Counted from the stretch's first letter, positions 18,365-27,774 are shown. The stretch is 32,000 nucleotides of DNA from Moraxella nasovis (GCF_022701215.1 NZ_CP089976.1:1620001-1652000); one strand, 5' to 3'. Made by a program: numbers and translations. Notes: generated from the sequence alone by a model not told the origin.

Positions 18365-20221
18365 ATGGATAAAATGCGTAATTTTTTACAAAGCTGGCCA
18401 GGACGTATCACATTGATTGCGGTATTGGTACCTATGGCTTTTTTAGGTGTGCAAGGAACACTTGGTACGTCAATTAGCCCAAATCAGCTGATTAAGGTGG
18501 GTAATCAGACTGTTGATGTGTCAACCTACCAAAATCAGTTGAATAATTATCGCAGTGAGCTATTAAACTCAGTCGATGCTAGCATGATTGATGAGGCGGC
18601 ATTGTCTGATCAGGTGCTAAAAAGTTTGGTTAATTCAGCCTTACTCCAAAACCAAGCACAAGTTTTGGGTATGACAGTATCAGATGAGATGATTACGCAG
18701 CTGCTTCAGCAAGAGCAGACATTTTGGCAAGATGGGCAATTTTCTAACGAACGATTTGCCCAATACTTGACTCAAAATGGTCTCACCAAAGACATGCTGT
18801 TTGCAAATTTTCGCCAAGAACTTGCCTTACGTCAGTTAAGCTCTGGGGTATTGGGTACAGCGATTTATCCAAAGAGTCAGGTTGGTCGTTTATTAGATTT
18901 ACAGCTAGAATCTCGAGAAGTGTGGGTGCATCGGTTTGCTTGGGAAGATTATGCTGACGGTATTAACGTGTCTGACAGCGAGATTAAAGCGTACTTTGAT
19001 GCAAATCAAGCAAGTCTGATTCGTCCTGAGACAGTGGATTTATCATATATTGAACTGTCTGCTCAAGATATTAAAACTGCAGAGCCAACCCAAGACGAAA
19101 TCGCTGTTCAGTACGATGCTTACCTTCAAGAAAACGGACTTGGCGATGGACGTGAGCTTGCACAGATTCTGCTGACAGGCGCAGACAGCGAAAAACGTGC
19201 AAAAGACATTGCTGCTAAACTAAAAGCAGGGCAGTCATTTGAGAAACTTGCTAAGCAATATTCTGACGATCCAAGTGGTAAGACAGGCGGGCTAATAGGT
19301 GCTTATAATCCTGCAGTATTTGGCGATGATGCAGCAGCAGTTACTCAAGCATTATCAGGGCTGTCGTTGGGTGATTTTAGCCAGCCTGTCAAGACAAAAT
19401 ATGGCTACCAAATCTTTAAAGTGGTTAAGCTTGGCAATGCACCATCTATGGAAAGTATGCGTGCCGAACTCCAAAATCGTGCCATTAACTATAAGCGTCA
19501 AGTTGAGCTTAATGAAAAAATTGCTAAAATCAATGAGATGGCAGCGACAGGTGTTGGCGTAGCTGACATCGCTGCTGAGCTAGGCTTAAAATTAAAACGC
19601 ATTACAGATTATCCAAAAACCCAGAATCAAACAGCATTGCCACAGCCTGCGGTGATTGCAGCAGCATTTGATGAATTTGCCATCGAAGATCAGGCTGTAA
19701 GTGCAAACATTAGCTTGGGCGATAAAACAGTATGGGTGCAACCAGGCAACTATCAAGCATCAGCACCTTTAACACTTGCTCAGGCACATGACCAAATTAA
19801 ACATGCTTTGGTTAAACAAAAGGCGGTGGAGAAGGCTTTGGCAGCAGCACATGAAGCAGTAAATGATGCGAATAATGAGAACGCTATTAAAGCATTAATG
19901 GTGCCGCAGGCTAATCTTGGCATCGTCACTCGTAGCACACCTACCTTAAATACCCAAGAGCGTGCCAGCTTGTTTTCAAAAAAATCAGCGTCAGGGCATG
20001 ATGTGTGGACGGTGAAAACTGAAGATGGTGCTAGTATTATGGTTGGGGGTCCTGTGCTGTCACAGACACATGAGCAGCTAAGCCTTACTGAAAGACTACA
20101 AGCGGCAGCTATGATTCGTAGCAATGTTGGACAAGATCAACTGTCAGATTATCTGCAGTATCTTCGCACTACCAATGAAGTGACAATTAATCAAGATGCC
20201 TTAACAGGTCAAACTCACTAA
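18365..20221 (+). CDS. ppiD: periplasmic chaperone / peptidyl-prolyl isomerase PpiD
   Basis: 618-aa ORF with an N-terminal membrane anchor (GRITLIAVLVPMAFLG), a SurA-N-like region and a parvulin-like domain (...DDPSGKTGGLIG......F...........G..S.PVKT.YGYQIFKV). The hupB-ppiD neighbourhood is conserved. Confidence 0.9.
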   Translation: MDKMRNFLQSWPGRITLIAVLVPMAFLGVQGTLGTSISPNQLIKVGNQTVDVSTYQNQLNNYRSELLNSVDASMIDEAALSDQVLKSLVNSALLQNQAQVLGMTVSDEMITQLLQQEQTFWQDGQFSNERFAQYLTQNGLTKDMLFANFRQELALRQLSSGVLGTAIYPKSQVGRLLDLQLESREVWVHRFAWEDYADGINVSDSEIKAYFDANQASLIRPETVDLSYIELSAQDIKTAEPTQDEIAVQYDAYLQENGLGDGRELAQILLTGADSEKRAKDIAAKLKAGQSFEKLAKQYSDDPSGKTGGLIGAYNPAVFGDDAAAVTQALSGLSLGDFSQPVKTKYGYQIFKVVKLGNAPSMESMRAELQNRAINYKRQVELNEKIAKINEMAATGVGVADIAAELGLKLKRITDYPKTQNQTALPQPAVIAAAFDEFAIEDQAVSANISLGDKTVWVQPGNYQASAPLTLAQAHDQIKHALVKQKAVEKALAAAHEAVNDANNENAIKALMVPQANLGIVTRSTPTLNTQERASLFSKKSASGHDVWTVKTEDGASIMVGGPVLSQTHEQLSLTERLQAAAMIRSNVGQDQLSDYLQYLRTTNEVTINQDALTGQTH

Positions 20222-20238
20222 AAAACCAACCCTAATAT

Positions 20239-20270
20239 AAAAAGGCTTAACGATGGGGTTAAGCCTTTTT
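20239..20270. terminator. bidirectional rho-independent terminator between ppiD (+) and lldD (-)
   Basis: A perfect 13-bp stem: AAAAAGGCTTAAC (20239-20251) with GTTAAGCCTTTTT (20258-20270). Confidence 0.7.
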
Positions 20271-20367
20271 TATTTGTGTATGCACTACTCTATTTAGTTA
20301 GTAAACTAATTTATAGCCAAGCTAATTTACAACTAAAACGCACATTTAGCAGTAATGTATAATATTA

Positions 20368-21576
20368 TTACCATCTAATAGGTAAAATATGTGGGTCGCT
20401 TGCTTTTAGGTTTTCGTAAGTGCCTTTGACAAAGATATTTTCATTGACGGTGTTGATGTTGGTATGACCACAAAACGCCATCGTGATGTCGCATTCTTTG
20501 TAGATGATTTCTAAGGCACGGCGTACGCCATCTTCACCATAAGCACCCAAGCCATAAAGAAATGAGCGACCAATCATTGTGCCTTTTGCTCCCATAGCGA
20601 TGGCTTTTAGGACATCTTGACCTGAGCGAATGCCACTGTCTAGCCAAATCTCGCAATTTGAGTTTTCAGCTTGTACCGCTTGCACGCAGTCAGCGAGGCT
20701 TGCAATAGAGCTTGGTGCACCATCTAATTGGCGACCACCGTGATTGGAGATGACCATGGCATCAGCACCAGAACGAGCCGCCAAAATCGCATCTTCTGGC
20801 TCCATGATGCCTTTGATGATAAGAGGTCCGCCCCATAGCTCTTTAATGCGAGCGACATCGTCCCAATTTAGACGTGGGTCAAATTGCTCCGCTGTCCAAG
20901 ATGACAAGCTAGATAAGTCGCCTACCCCTTCGGCATGACCGACGATGTTGCGGAAGGTGTGGCGTTTTGTGCCAAGCATATTAAAGCACCATTCAGGCTT
21001 GGTCATTAAGTTTAGGATATTTTTTAAGGTTGGCTTTGGTGGGGCAGAAAGACCGTTTTTGATGTCTTTATGACGCTGACCTAGTACTTGTAAATCTGCC
21101 GTCAAAATCAGTGCTGAACATTTGGCTTCTCTGGCACGGCGAATTAAATTTTGCATGAATTTTTTATCACGCATGACATATAACTGAAACCAAAATGGCT
21201 TGGTGGTATTTTCTGCCACATCTTCAATAGAGCAAATGCTCATCGTGGATAATGAAAACGGAATGCCAAATTTCTCTGCGGCACGGGCGGCATGAATTTC
21301 GCCATCTGCCCACATCATGCCTGTAAAGCCAGTCGGTGCAATGGCGACAGGCATATGTACATCTTGTCCGATCATTTTGGTGGCAAGCGAGCGGCCTTCC
21401 ATATCTACTAGCACACGTTGGCGCAACTTGATGCGGTCAAAGTCGGTTTCGTTATTGCGATAAGTCGTCTGAGTCCATGAACCGCTATCTACATAATCAT
21501 AGAACATTCTAGGAACTTTACGCTCAGCGACACGGCGAAGGTCTTCAATTTCGGTAATTTTGCTTAAATCTGCCAT
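20368..21576 (-). CDS. lldD: FMN-dependent alpha-hydroxy acid dehydrogenase (L-lactate dehydrogenase LldD-type)
   Basis: 402-aa ORF with ...PVAIAPTG......DGE...ARAA......F.LST.S, SNHGGRQLD and a TIM-barrel FMN-binding pattern. It is adjacent to a lactate permease gene. Confidence 0.88.
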   Translation of the reverse strand: MADLSKITEIEDLRRVAERKVPRMFYDYVDSGSWTQTTYRNNETDFDRIKLRQRVLVDMEGRSLATKMIGQDVHMPVAIAPTGFTGMMWADGEIHAARAAEKFGIPFSLSTMSICSIEDVAENTTKPFWFQLYVMRDKKFMQNLIRRAREAKCSALILTADLQVLGQRHKDIKNGLSAPPKPTLKNILNLMTKPEWCFNMLGTKRHTFRNIVGHAEGVGDLSSLSSWTAEQFDPRLNWDDVARIKELWGGPLIIKGIMEPEDAILAARSGADAMVISNHGGRQLDGAPSSIASLADCVQAVQAENSNCEIWLDSGIRSGQDVLKAIAMGAKGTMIGRSFLYGLGAYGEDGVRRALEIIYKECDITMAFCGHTNINTVNENIFVKGTYENLKASDPHILPIRW

Positions 21577-21788
21577 AAGATAACACGCCTTTGGTTGGTT
21601 GTGAGAATTTTTATAAAAATTAGTACTATTTTACCGTTTTTTAGCTCAAAATAGAATGGATTTTATAAATATATTAAAATGTTTATACGCTTTAAAAGTG
21701 TAAATGATAAGTGGATAAAAAATTAAGTTAAAAATCTGCATATTAAAGCATAATAGTATGACTAAAAATCATGACAGCATACTTATAC

Positions 21789-21822
21789 AAAAAAAATGGG
21801 TCTATCCAAGGATAAACCCATT
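21789..21822 (-). terminator. strong rho-independent terminator after the lactate permease gene
   Basis: AATGGGTCTATCC (21795-21807) pairs with GGATAAACCCATT (21810-21822) with one mismatch. On the minus strand it is followed by a T8 run (A8 at 21789-21796). Confidence 0.8.
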
Positions 21823-21835
21823 TTGCTTTAAAGCA

Positions 21836-23590
21836 TTACGCTTTTTTCTTATCAAGTGAGCTCATTGTACCAAAGAAAATAATTGGCCAAATAACAGCTC
21901 CTACCCACCACAGTGGATTAAAGATAATCGCCATGCCGATTAATCCGCCTTGGATACAGTAATAGGTCATAGCTACTAAGGTTTTACGAATGATTAGACC
22001 TTCTTTATTAATCATGCCAACGACCGCACAGGCAGCGACGACGTTATGAACGCTGATCATATTACCTGCTGCCCCACCAATCGCTTGTAGTGCGACCACA
22101 CTTCCTGCTAGGGTGCCGTCTAGCCCAATCTGAGCGGCGGTACTCCATTGGAAGTGGCTAAACATCATATTAGACACGGTGTTAGAGCCAGCAATAAACG
22201 CTCCTAATGCACCAATCCAAGGTGCAAATAGCGGCCACGCCCCTTCAAAGGCACTAGCAGCACCTGCCGCCAGTACTTTTGGCATGGCAAGAATCTGTAC
22301 AGCAGCATCAGGCGATGTGCCAGAGTTGATGAATACTTGCACCATGGGGATAGAAAATAGTAGAGCAGGTGCTGCAGCAAGCATGGTTACACCAGAATCA
22401 CGCCAGCTTTTTTTGACGACATCGCCTTTCATGCTAAAAATAAAAATACTGATGATAGAGACGATAAGCAGTACGGCAGCAGGCGAGTATAGCAGCTGTG
22501 TCTTATTGGTAATAGTTGTGCCAAAAATATCGCTAAATGTAATAACAGCGTGATTACTAAGCCAGTCTTTTAGTGGCTTGATGGTACGAGTTGCAACCAA
22601 AATTCCAATGACTAGTAAATAAGGCGAGAATGCTTTTACTGTAGAGAATTTAGCTTTTTCGTTTACATCGATCTCGGTCGGTGCTAACGAGCCTTTCCAG
22701 CTCTCATCCCACTTGTCACGACTTTCAAAATCAAACGTGTCTTTTGGGGTTAAAAAGTTGTATTTAGCAGCAGTGATTACGATGGTAAGACCCACGACAG
22801 AGCCTAGTAGCGATGGCAGCTCAGGACCTACAAAGCGAGCGGTTAGATAATAAGGAATGGTAAACGCAAGACCTGCAAAAATTGCAAAAGGTGCTGCCTT
22901 AAAACCTTCACGGAATGAACGATTTGCACCAAAAAACTTGGTCAAAAAGCAACATAGAATAAGTGGAATTAGCATGCCAACGGTTGCATGAATAAAGCCG
23001 ACACGCTCGGTAATAAGCAATAAGTATTGTGGCAAGTCCATCCCATATTTAGCAATCTCAGAAGCTACATCTTCTTTATTTTGTAGTCCTGAATTTACCC
23101 CAATTAAGATTGGCGTTCCGACAGCACCATAAGATACAGGTGTTGATTGGATAATAAGAATCGCCATAACACACGCCATCGCAGGAAAGCCAAGTGCTAA
23201 TAGTAGCGGTGCACCAACAGCAGATGGCGTACCCCAGCCTGTTGAGCCTTCAATAAGTGACCCAAAAAGCCATGCCACAATAATCATCTGTACACGGCGG
23301 TCAGGAGAAATGCCCATAAACCCTTGACGAATGGCGACAATCGCTCCACTTTCTTTTAGTGTATTTAGCAGTAAAATGGCAGAAAAGACGATAAATAAGA
23401 CATTAACTGCTGTCAAAACCCCATGCACGCTTGCAGCAGCAACTTGGGCTGATGACGTTTGCCAGACGAATAACGATAAAAGAGCAGTTGCGACATAAGC
23501 CACAGGCATGGCAATTTTAGCAGGCAGTCGCATGACTACAAGCAAAATAAACACGATTAAAATAGGCAATAATGCCAAAAGGGTAAGCAT
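21836..23590 (-). CDS. lctP: L-lactate permease (LctP family)
   Basis: A polytopic protein of about 584 aa with typical LctP-family sequence throughout. I prefer the ATG at 23588-23590, preceded by AAGGAG at a 5-nt spacing; the ORF-track start at 23596 is a GTG two codons upstream. Confidence 0.92.
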   Translation of the reverse strand: MLTLLALLPILIVFILLVVMRLPAKIAMPVAYVATALLSLFVWQTSSAQVAAASVHGVLTAVNVLFIVFSAILLLNTLKESGAIVAIRQGFMGISPDRRVQMIIVAWLFGSLIEGSTGWGTPSAVGAPLLLALGFPAMACVMAILIIQSTPVSYGAVGTPILIGVNSGLQNKEDVASEIAKYGMDLPQYLLLITERVGFIHATVGMLIPLILCCFLTKFFGANRSFREGFKAAPFAIFAGLAFTIPYYLTARFVGPELPSLLGSVVGLTIVITAAKYNFLTPKDTFDFESRDKWDESWKGSLAPTEIDVNEKAKFSTVKAFSPYLLVIGILVATRTIKPLKDWLSNHAVITFSDIFGTTITNKTQLLYSPAAVLLIVSIISIFIFSMKGDVVKKSWRDSGVTMLAAAPALLFSIPMVQVFINSGTSPDAAVQILAMPKVLAAGAASAFEGAWPLFAPWIGALGAFIAGSNTVSNMMFSHFQWSTAAQIGLDGTLAGSVVALQAIGGAAGNMISVHNVVAACAVVGMINKEGLIIRKTLVAMTYYCIQGGLIGMAIIFNPLWWVGAVIWPIIFFGTMSSLDKKKA

Positions 23591-23779
23591 GATCACTCCT
23601 TGACTGAATGTTTTGATTGATGGATTGTAAGTGGTTGAGTATTTTACTCGGTTTTATCTTAAAAATAAATAAGATTTATTTACAATATAATAATTGAAAT
23701 TTAAAACAGAACATCTTAAGGTTATCAGTATGCTTGTGACCATGACCGTAAAAGTCGCCATATAAAGCGGCTTAGCTTA

Positions 23780-24448
23780 TTATTTAGACTGGCTGTCTGT
23801 TATTGTTATCATTGGTGTTTGGTTAAAAATTTTGCAAAACAGTTCTGCGGTTTTTTGGGTGTCATAAAGTGCTGAATGGGCATGACTGTTATCAAAATCA
23901 ATCCCTGCTATTTTGCAAGTGCGAGCCAGTACGGTATGCCCAAAGGCTAAGGCAGACAGGCTTGCGGTGTCTAGTACGCTAAAGGCATGAAAAGGGGATT
24001 GGTTCTTGCTGTTCGTGCGTGCAATAGCAGCATTTAAAAAGCCTAAATCAAAATGTGCATTATGCCCCACTAAGATACACTGACGACAACCATGTTCTTT
24101 TTTAATGGTTTTTAATGCCTTAAAAATCCGACGAATCGCCACCTTTTCATCTTCGCTAATGGCTTTACGAAAAGGGCTTTCAGGGTTGATGCCTGTAAAT
24201 TCTAGGGCTGACTTTTCTAAATTTGCCCCAGCAAATGGCTCAATGTGGGCATTTAATGGCTCACCTTGATACAATAGTCCTTCATCATTCATTAAGATGG
24301 GAATGCAGGCAATTTCAAGCAAGGCATCTGTTTGGGCGTTAAAGCCTGCTGTCTCAACATCCACCACCACAGGCATAAAGCCACGAAAGCGTTTGGCAAG
24401 TGGGGTTTCTTCAGCTTTTTGGGCGTGCTTGGCTACAGTGTCATTCAT
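23780..24448 (-). CDS. rnt: ribonuclease T (DEDDh exonuclease)
   Basis: [28 protein letters not shown] and HSALYDT.KTAELFC are DEDDh motifs. The ATG at 24446-24448 overlaps the pyrC stop (ATGA). The ORF-track GTG at 24460 is 4 codons upstream. Confidence 0.92.
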   Translation of the reverse strand: MNDTVAKHAQKAEETPLAKRFRGFMPVVVDVETAGFNAQTDALLEIACIPILMNDEGLLYQGEPLNAHIEPFAGANLEKSALEFTGINPESPFRKAISEDEKVAIRRIFKALKTIKKEHGCRQCILVGHNAHFDLGFLNAAIARTNSKNQSPFHAFSVLDTASLSALAFGHTVLARTCKIAGIDFDNSHAHSALYDTQKTAELFCKIFNQTPMITITDSQSK

Positions 24449-25500
24449 TGGATTGACCACGCAAGCGTCTGCCCTGCAAGTAGGGGAGTAAGTGTTTTGC
24501 CGTCTAAATAAGAATAGCTTTGTGGGATAGTTTGTTCTTGTTTGATGAGCGTGATGGTGCTGGTATTGACAGGTAAGCCATAAAACTTTGCCCCAAAGAC
24601 GCTGGCGAAATTTTCTAGTTTGTCTAACGCACCTACGCCATCAAAGGCGGCAGCATATAGCGGTAGGGCGTGGACGGCTGAATAGCACCCTGCACAGCCA
24701 CAGGCATTTTCTTTGGTGTGTGTGGCGTGTGGGGCAGAATCTGTGCCTAAGAAAAATTTGGGATTGCCAGAAGTTGCGACTTCTAGTAGGCGTTTTTGGT
24801 GGCTTTCACGCTTTAAGATGGGTAGGCAATAAAAGTGTGGTTTGACCCCGCCCACAAGCAGATGATTGCGGTTAAATAGTAGGTGCTGTGGTGTGATGGT
24901 CGCTGCTATATGCTCATCTTGGGCAAGACAAAAATCAGCCGCATCGCTTGTGGTGATATGCTCCATGACGATGTTTAGGTTTGGGAAGTTTTTGATGATG
25001 ACGGATAAAATCTCATCAAGAAATCTTTTTTCACGGTCAAAAATATCTACATCGTTATGCGTAACTTCGCCATGCACGAGCAGGGGAATGCCGTGTTTTT
25101 GCATACTTTCAAAGACTGCTCCACGTCCTAGAATGTCTGTTACGCCATCGGCTGAATTGGTGGTTGCCCCAGCAGGGTAGAGCTTGACGGCTTGCACGAT
25201 GCCTGATGATTTGGCGGTGGCGATGTCATCGGCGGTGGTGTGGTCGGTTAAGTATAATACCATGCGTGGGTCAAAGGCAGATTTGCGAGTGTCGCTGATG
25301 TCGGCATTTGCCAAGGCAGTCAAAATCCGCTCACGGTAGGCTATTGCTTGTGCGGTCGTCTTGATGGGTGGCACAAGGTTTGGCATACAGATGACACGGT
25401 TGAAGCTGGTCGCTGCGTGCGGTACGGTGGTGGCTAGGGCTTGTCCATCACGCAAATGAATGTGCCAATCATCTGGCTGAATTAGGGTCAAGGTCTGCAT
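24445..25500 (-). CDS. pyrC: dihydroorotase (homodimeric type)
   Basis: The [19 protein letters not shown] metal-binding HxH motif, [18 protein letters not shown] and GTDSAPH are canonical PyrC motifs. Confidence 0.95.
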   Translation of the reverse strand: MQTLTLIQPDDWHIHLRDGQALATTVPHAATSFNRVICMPNLVPPIKTTAQAIAYRERILTALANADISDTRKSAFDPRMVLYLTDHTTADDIATAKSSGIVQAVKLYPAGATTNSADGVTDILGRGAVFESMQKHGIPLLVHGEVTHNDVDIFDREKRFLDEILSVIIKNFPNLNIVMEHITTSDAADFCLAQDEHIAATITPQHLLFNRNHLLVGGVKPHFYCLPILKRESHQKRLLEVATSGNPKFFLGTDSAPHATHTKENACGCAGCYSAVHALPLYAAAFDGVGALDKLENFASVFGAKFYGLPVNTSTITLIKQEQTIPQSYSYLDGKTLTPLLAGQTLAWSIQ

Positions 25501-25630
25501 AGGTCGCTCAATTGTCTAAGATTGGCTTATTTTAGCATGAAATGAGCATTTGCCAAAATTGATTTGTCTATGAGTGGTATAGGACGGCTGACAGAGGGAG
25601 GTGGGTTTTGGTCATTTGGTAATTTGGTGT

Positions 25631-25690
25631 CGTAGGTTGGATTTTACTCCTTATTATTTGTTGGGTTTCGTACCAAAGCCTACCTACAAT
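25631..25690 (+). repeat. REP-like unit A (TTGTTGGGTTTCGTACC-AAAGCCTACCTAC family)
   Basis: CGTAGGTTGGATTTTACTCC TTATTA TTTGTTGGGTTTCGTACCAAAGCCTACCTACA. It shares the core ATTTGTTGG(G/A)TTTCGT.CC..AGC..AACCT with the units at 27850-27885 and 29244-29273. Confidence 0.55.
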
Positions 25691-25705
25691 GACTGATGAA
25701 TTGTT

Positions 25706-25741
25706 AAAAACACCGCTCAGTCTTGATGGGCGGTGTTTTTT
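25706..25741. terminator. bidirectional rho-independent terminator (3' side of the two-gene cassette, attached to REP-like unit A)
   Basis: An A5 run, then AACACCGC (25709-25716) pairing with GCGGTGTT (25730-25737), then a T run to 25741. It resembles the hairpin at 30531-30552. Confidence 0.7.
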
Positions 25742-25937
25742 GATGAATGTTTTGGATGAACGGGGTTTTAGATGAATATCAAAAAAGACAAAAACCAAGT
25801 AATAAACACATCATAAAAAGTGTGTAAATCTCTTGACTTTTGGTATAGTTTTGCTAAGTTGTGCGTTGATGCTTGAAATTTAACGCTTCACTGAATGTAA
25901 GGATTGGTGAAATTTGAATAAAAATATCAAGCGGTGC

Positions 25938-26708
25938 TTAATTGACAAGTTGTGGTATTGCCTGTTGTCTATCCGACCACTTAATGGGGTTTATATTGTA
26001 ATTAACCAAAGACTGTATGGAGCTACCGCTGATGGCATGGTCTGTATCATTTAATACCACATACAGCAGGGTGTCAGCTCGTCTTGTTTCTTTGGTGTCT
26101 GACCAACCAAATAAGATATGTTCAATATTACTTTTGGTTGGATTGTTGATGGTGTGCAGTAGTCGCTCTGGCTCTTGTTTTGAGTGCGGTATTAGAAAAT
26201 CAAAGTTAAAATTAAACCCTGATTGACCTGTTAAATTGACGTTTTGGGTATATCTTGCACCAATTTCATCAAGCCAATACTCCACATCTTCAAAAAAGAA
26301 ATTGGCAACATTGCTATTAGACATGGCAAACATATCGTTCACAGCCAACATGGCTTGGATAAAGCTATTTTTGCGTACTGGAAAATTTTGAGCATTTGCC
26401 ATTGTAACTAGGCAATCATCTTGTATCTTGACCCCAAAGCCATTTAGGATTTGTTGCAATAAAGCGGTACGTTTAGGTGTGTTAAATAGTACACCACTAG
26501 TTGCCAAATCATCTAAAATATAACCGCCATCACTAAATAACAAACCGTCTGGCATCTTTTGAATATAAAACTGTAAATAATCATTGTGACGGTCTAAATG
26601 GGGTGTGGTAATTTCTACCGTATCATCGTCCATATTTTTTAGACAAGTCTTATCCATAAGCCACGCTATGTAGCTGTCATGATATTGTTTGATATCATCT
26701 ATGAACAT
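25938..26708 (-). CDS. hypothetical protein, DUF1828 (N-terminal) / DUF1829 (C-terminal)-like; function unknown
   Basis: 256-aa ORF whose ATG (26706-26708) overlaps the upstream gene by 10 nt. The N-terminal ...VEITTPHLDRHNDYLQFYIQ... and C-terminal ...FNFNFDFLIP....PERLLHTIN....N..H.LF.W.D resemble the DUF1828/DUF1829 architecture from memory (unverified). The gene is AT-rich relative to its neighbours. Confidence 0.7.
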   Translation of the reverse strand: MFIDDIKQYHDSYIAWLMDKTCLKNMDDDTVEITTPHLDRHNDYLQFYIQKMPDGLLFSDGGYILDDLATSGVLFNTPKRTALLQQILNGFGVKIQDDCLVTMANAQNFPVRKNSFIQAMLAVNDMFAMSNSNVANFFFEDVEYWLDEIGARYTQNVNLTGQSGFNFNFDFLIPHSKQEPERLLHTINNPTKSNIEHILFGWSDTKETRRADTLLYVVLNDTDHAISGSSIQSLVNYNINPIKWSDRQQAIPQLVN

Positions 26709-27136
26709 GGGTGATACTCAATGGGGATTTGGAGAAATATTTTACCACGAATGTTGCAATGTTGGCAAAAGCTATCAAGATAATTAGCTAAGCTAGTGCA
26801 ATCACCAAAGATGGGCGGTACAGGATAAGCCCATTTTAATTCATATCCTTGCTTATAAACGTGTAAATGTGGGCAGGGTATTTCAGTATCATCTGGGTTT
26901 CTATGGGGTGGACCATTAACATCTAGGCGAACTAACAGCACATTTTTACGCACTCGTAAGGTGGTGCTGATTTTGCTAGGCTTAATGCGATTAGGGATAA
27001 TGTCTAGCAAGTACTCTTCTCTACCAATATCGTCTTTGATGTTGATTACTTTTTTGGTAAAGTCAAAATCAATTGGTTTGCCTAAAATATGCTTTAAAAT
27101 CTCAATAAAGGCTCTCGCCTGCTCGTCTGTTATCAT
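26699..27136 (-). CDS. hypothetical 145-aa protein with a His/Cys-rich motif (HRNPDD-x5-PCPHLH ... CQHC); function unknown
   Basis: The ORF is translationally coupled to the downstream gene. I prefer the ATG at 27134-27136, preceded by GGTGGTGAG (the ORF-track start at 27148 is a GTG). I recognise no characterised family. The motif LVRLDVNGPPHRNPDDTEIPCPHLHVYKQGY looks like a metal or active site. Confidence 0.7.
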   Translation of the reverse strand: MITDEQARAFIEILKHILGKPIDFDFTKKVINIKDDIGREEYLLDIIPNRIKPSKISTTLRVRKNVLLVRLDVNGPPHRNPDDTEIPCPHLHVYKQGYELKWAYPVPPIFGDCTSLANYLDSFCQHCNIRGKIFLQIPIEYHPCS

Positions 27137-27152
27137 CTCACCACCCACCCAT

Positions 27153-27595
27153 TCATACTGCCCATTTACCCACTAGCTTACCAATCATCGCCCACTCGTT
27201 CTTTATGGATATGCCAAGCGCTCTCAGGCAAAATCCTTTCACCGACAGATTGGCAGGACGTGGCAAAAATTCGATATCTTTTGTAATATATTTCATAGGT
27301 TTGCAATTACTCCAAAAGTCTGCCACCACCCAGCTGATGATTGATTCAGGATTAACTGTGGGCAAAAAACTACTTTTTTCTCATTCACCCTTGGGCTTTG
27401 TGATGCCATTTGTCTGTGTTTGTAAATCGACAATGCTTGGCTTGGTAGACACCTTGTCTTACCTGTGAACAGCCAATCAGGACTGACTTTTAAAGTGTGG
27501 GCTATTTTTGCCAAATACGCTGTTTTTTGAACTTTGTCAGATTCTAGTGCTTGACAAGTTAGCTGGCTAATGCCAACCAAGTTTTGCTGTCGCAC
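27153..27595 (-). pseudogene. decayed CI/LexA-type phage repressor (XRE HTH plus the N-terminal part of an S24 peptidase domain), frameshifted and 3'-truncated
   Basis: ORF 27293-27595 encodes ...LVGISQLTCQALESDKVQKTAYLAKIAHTLKVSPDWLFTGK (helix 3 and C-terminal part of an XRE HTH). ORF 27153-27365, in another frame, encodes ...PTVNPESIISWVVADFWSN......SVKGFCLRALGISI.... This is like ...VPVISWV.AG.W.E......FWL.V.GDSM of P22 C2 and lambda CI. The frames switch around the A6/T6 runs at 27361-27382. Only about 17 aa follow the G.S motif, whereas roughly 85 would be expected. Confidence 0.5.
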
Positions 27596-27774
27596 TTTGA
27601 CTTAATTTTACATTTTTTCTGGGTTTGGTCTTTTAGATGGTGTTGTCATGACAAGTCCCAATAGGATTGAATAATTATAACTCTGTTATTATATAGCTAA
27701 AACTATACATAAATCAAATAAAAATAGCTATTGGTTACCCTACGCCAAGCTTAAAAAGCTCTCAAATTGCAAAG

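Noticed and set aside
25568-25798. 76-aa minus-strand ORF between pyrC and the cassette
   Set aside because: It runs straight through REP-like unit A and the bidirectional terminator hairpin, so it is implausible as a gene.
25833-25860. Plus-strand promoter-like TTGACT-16-TAAGTT pointing antisense into the 3' end of the cassette
   Set aside because: The -35 element is consensus, but the -10 is weak (3/6), and such matches are frequent in AT-rich DNA. It is worth a look only if RNA-seq shows an antisense transcript.
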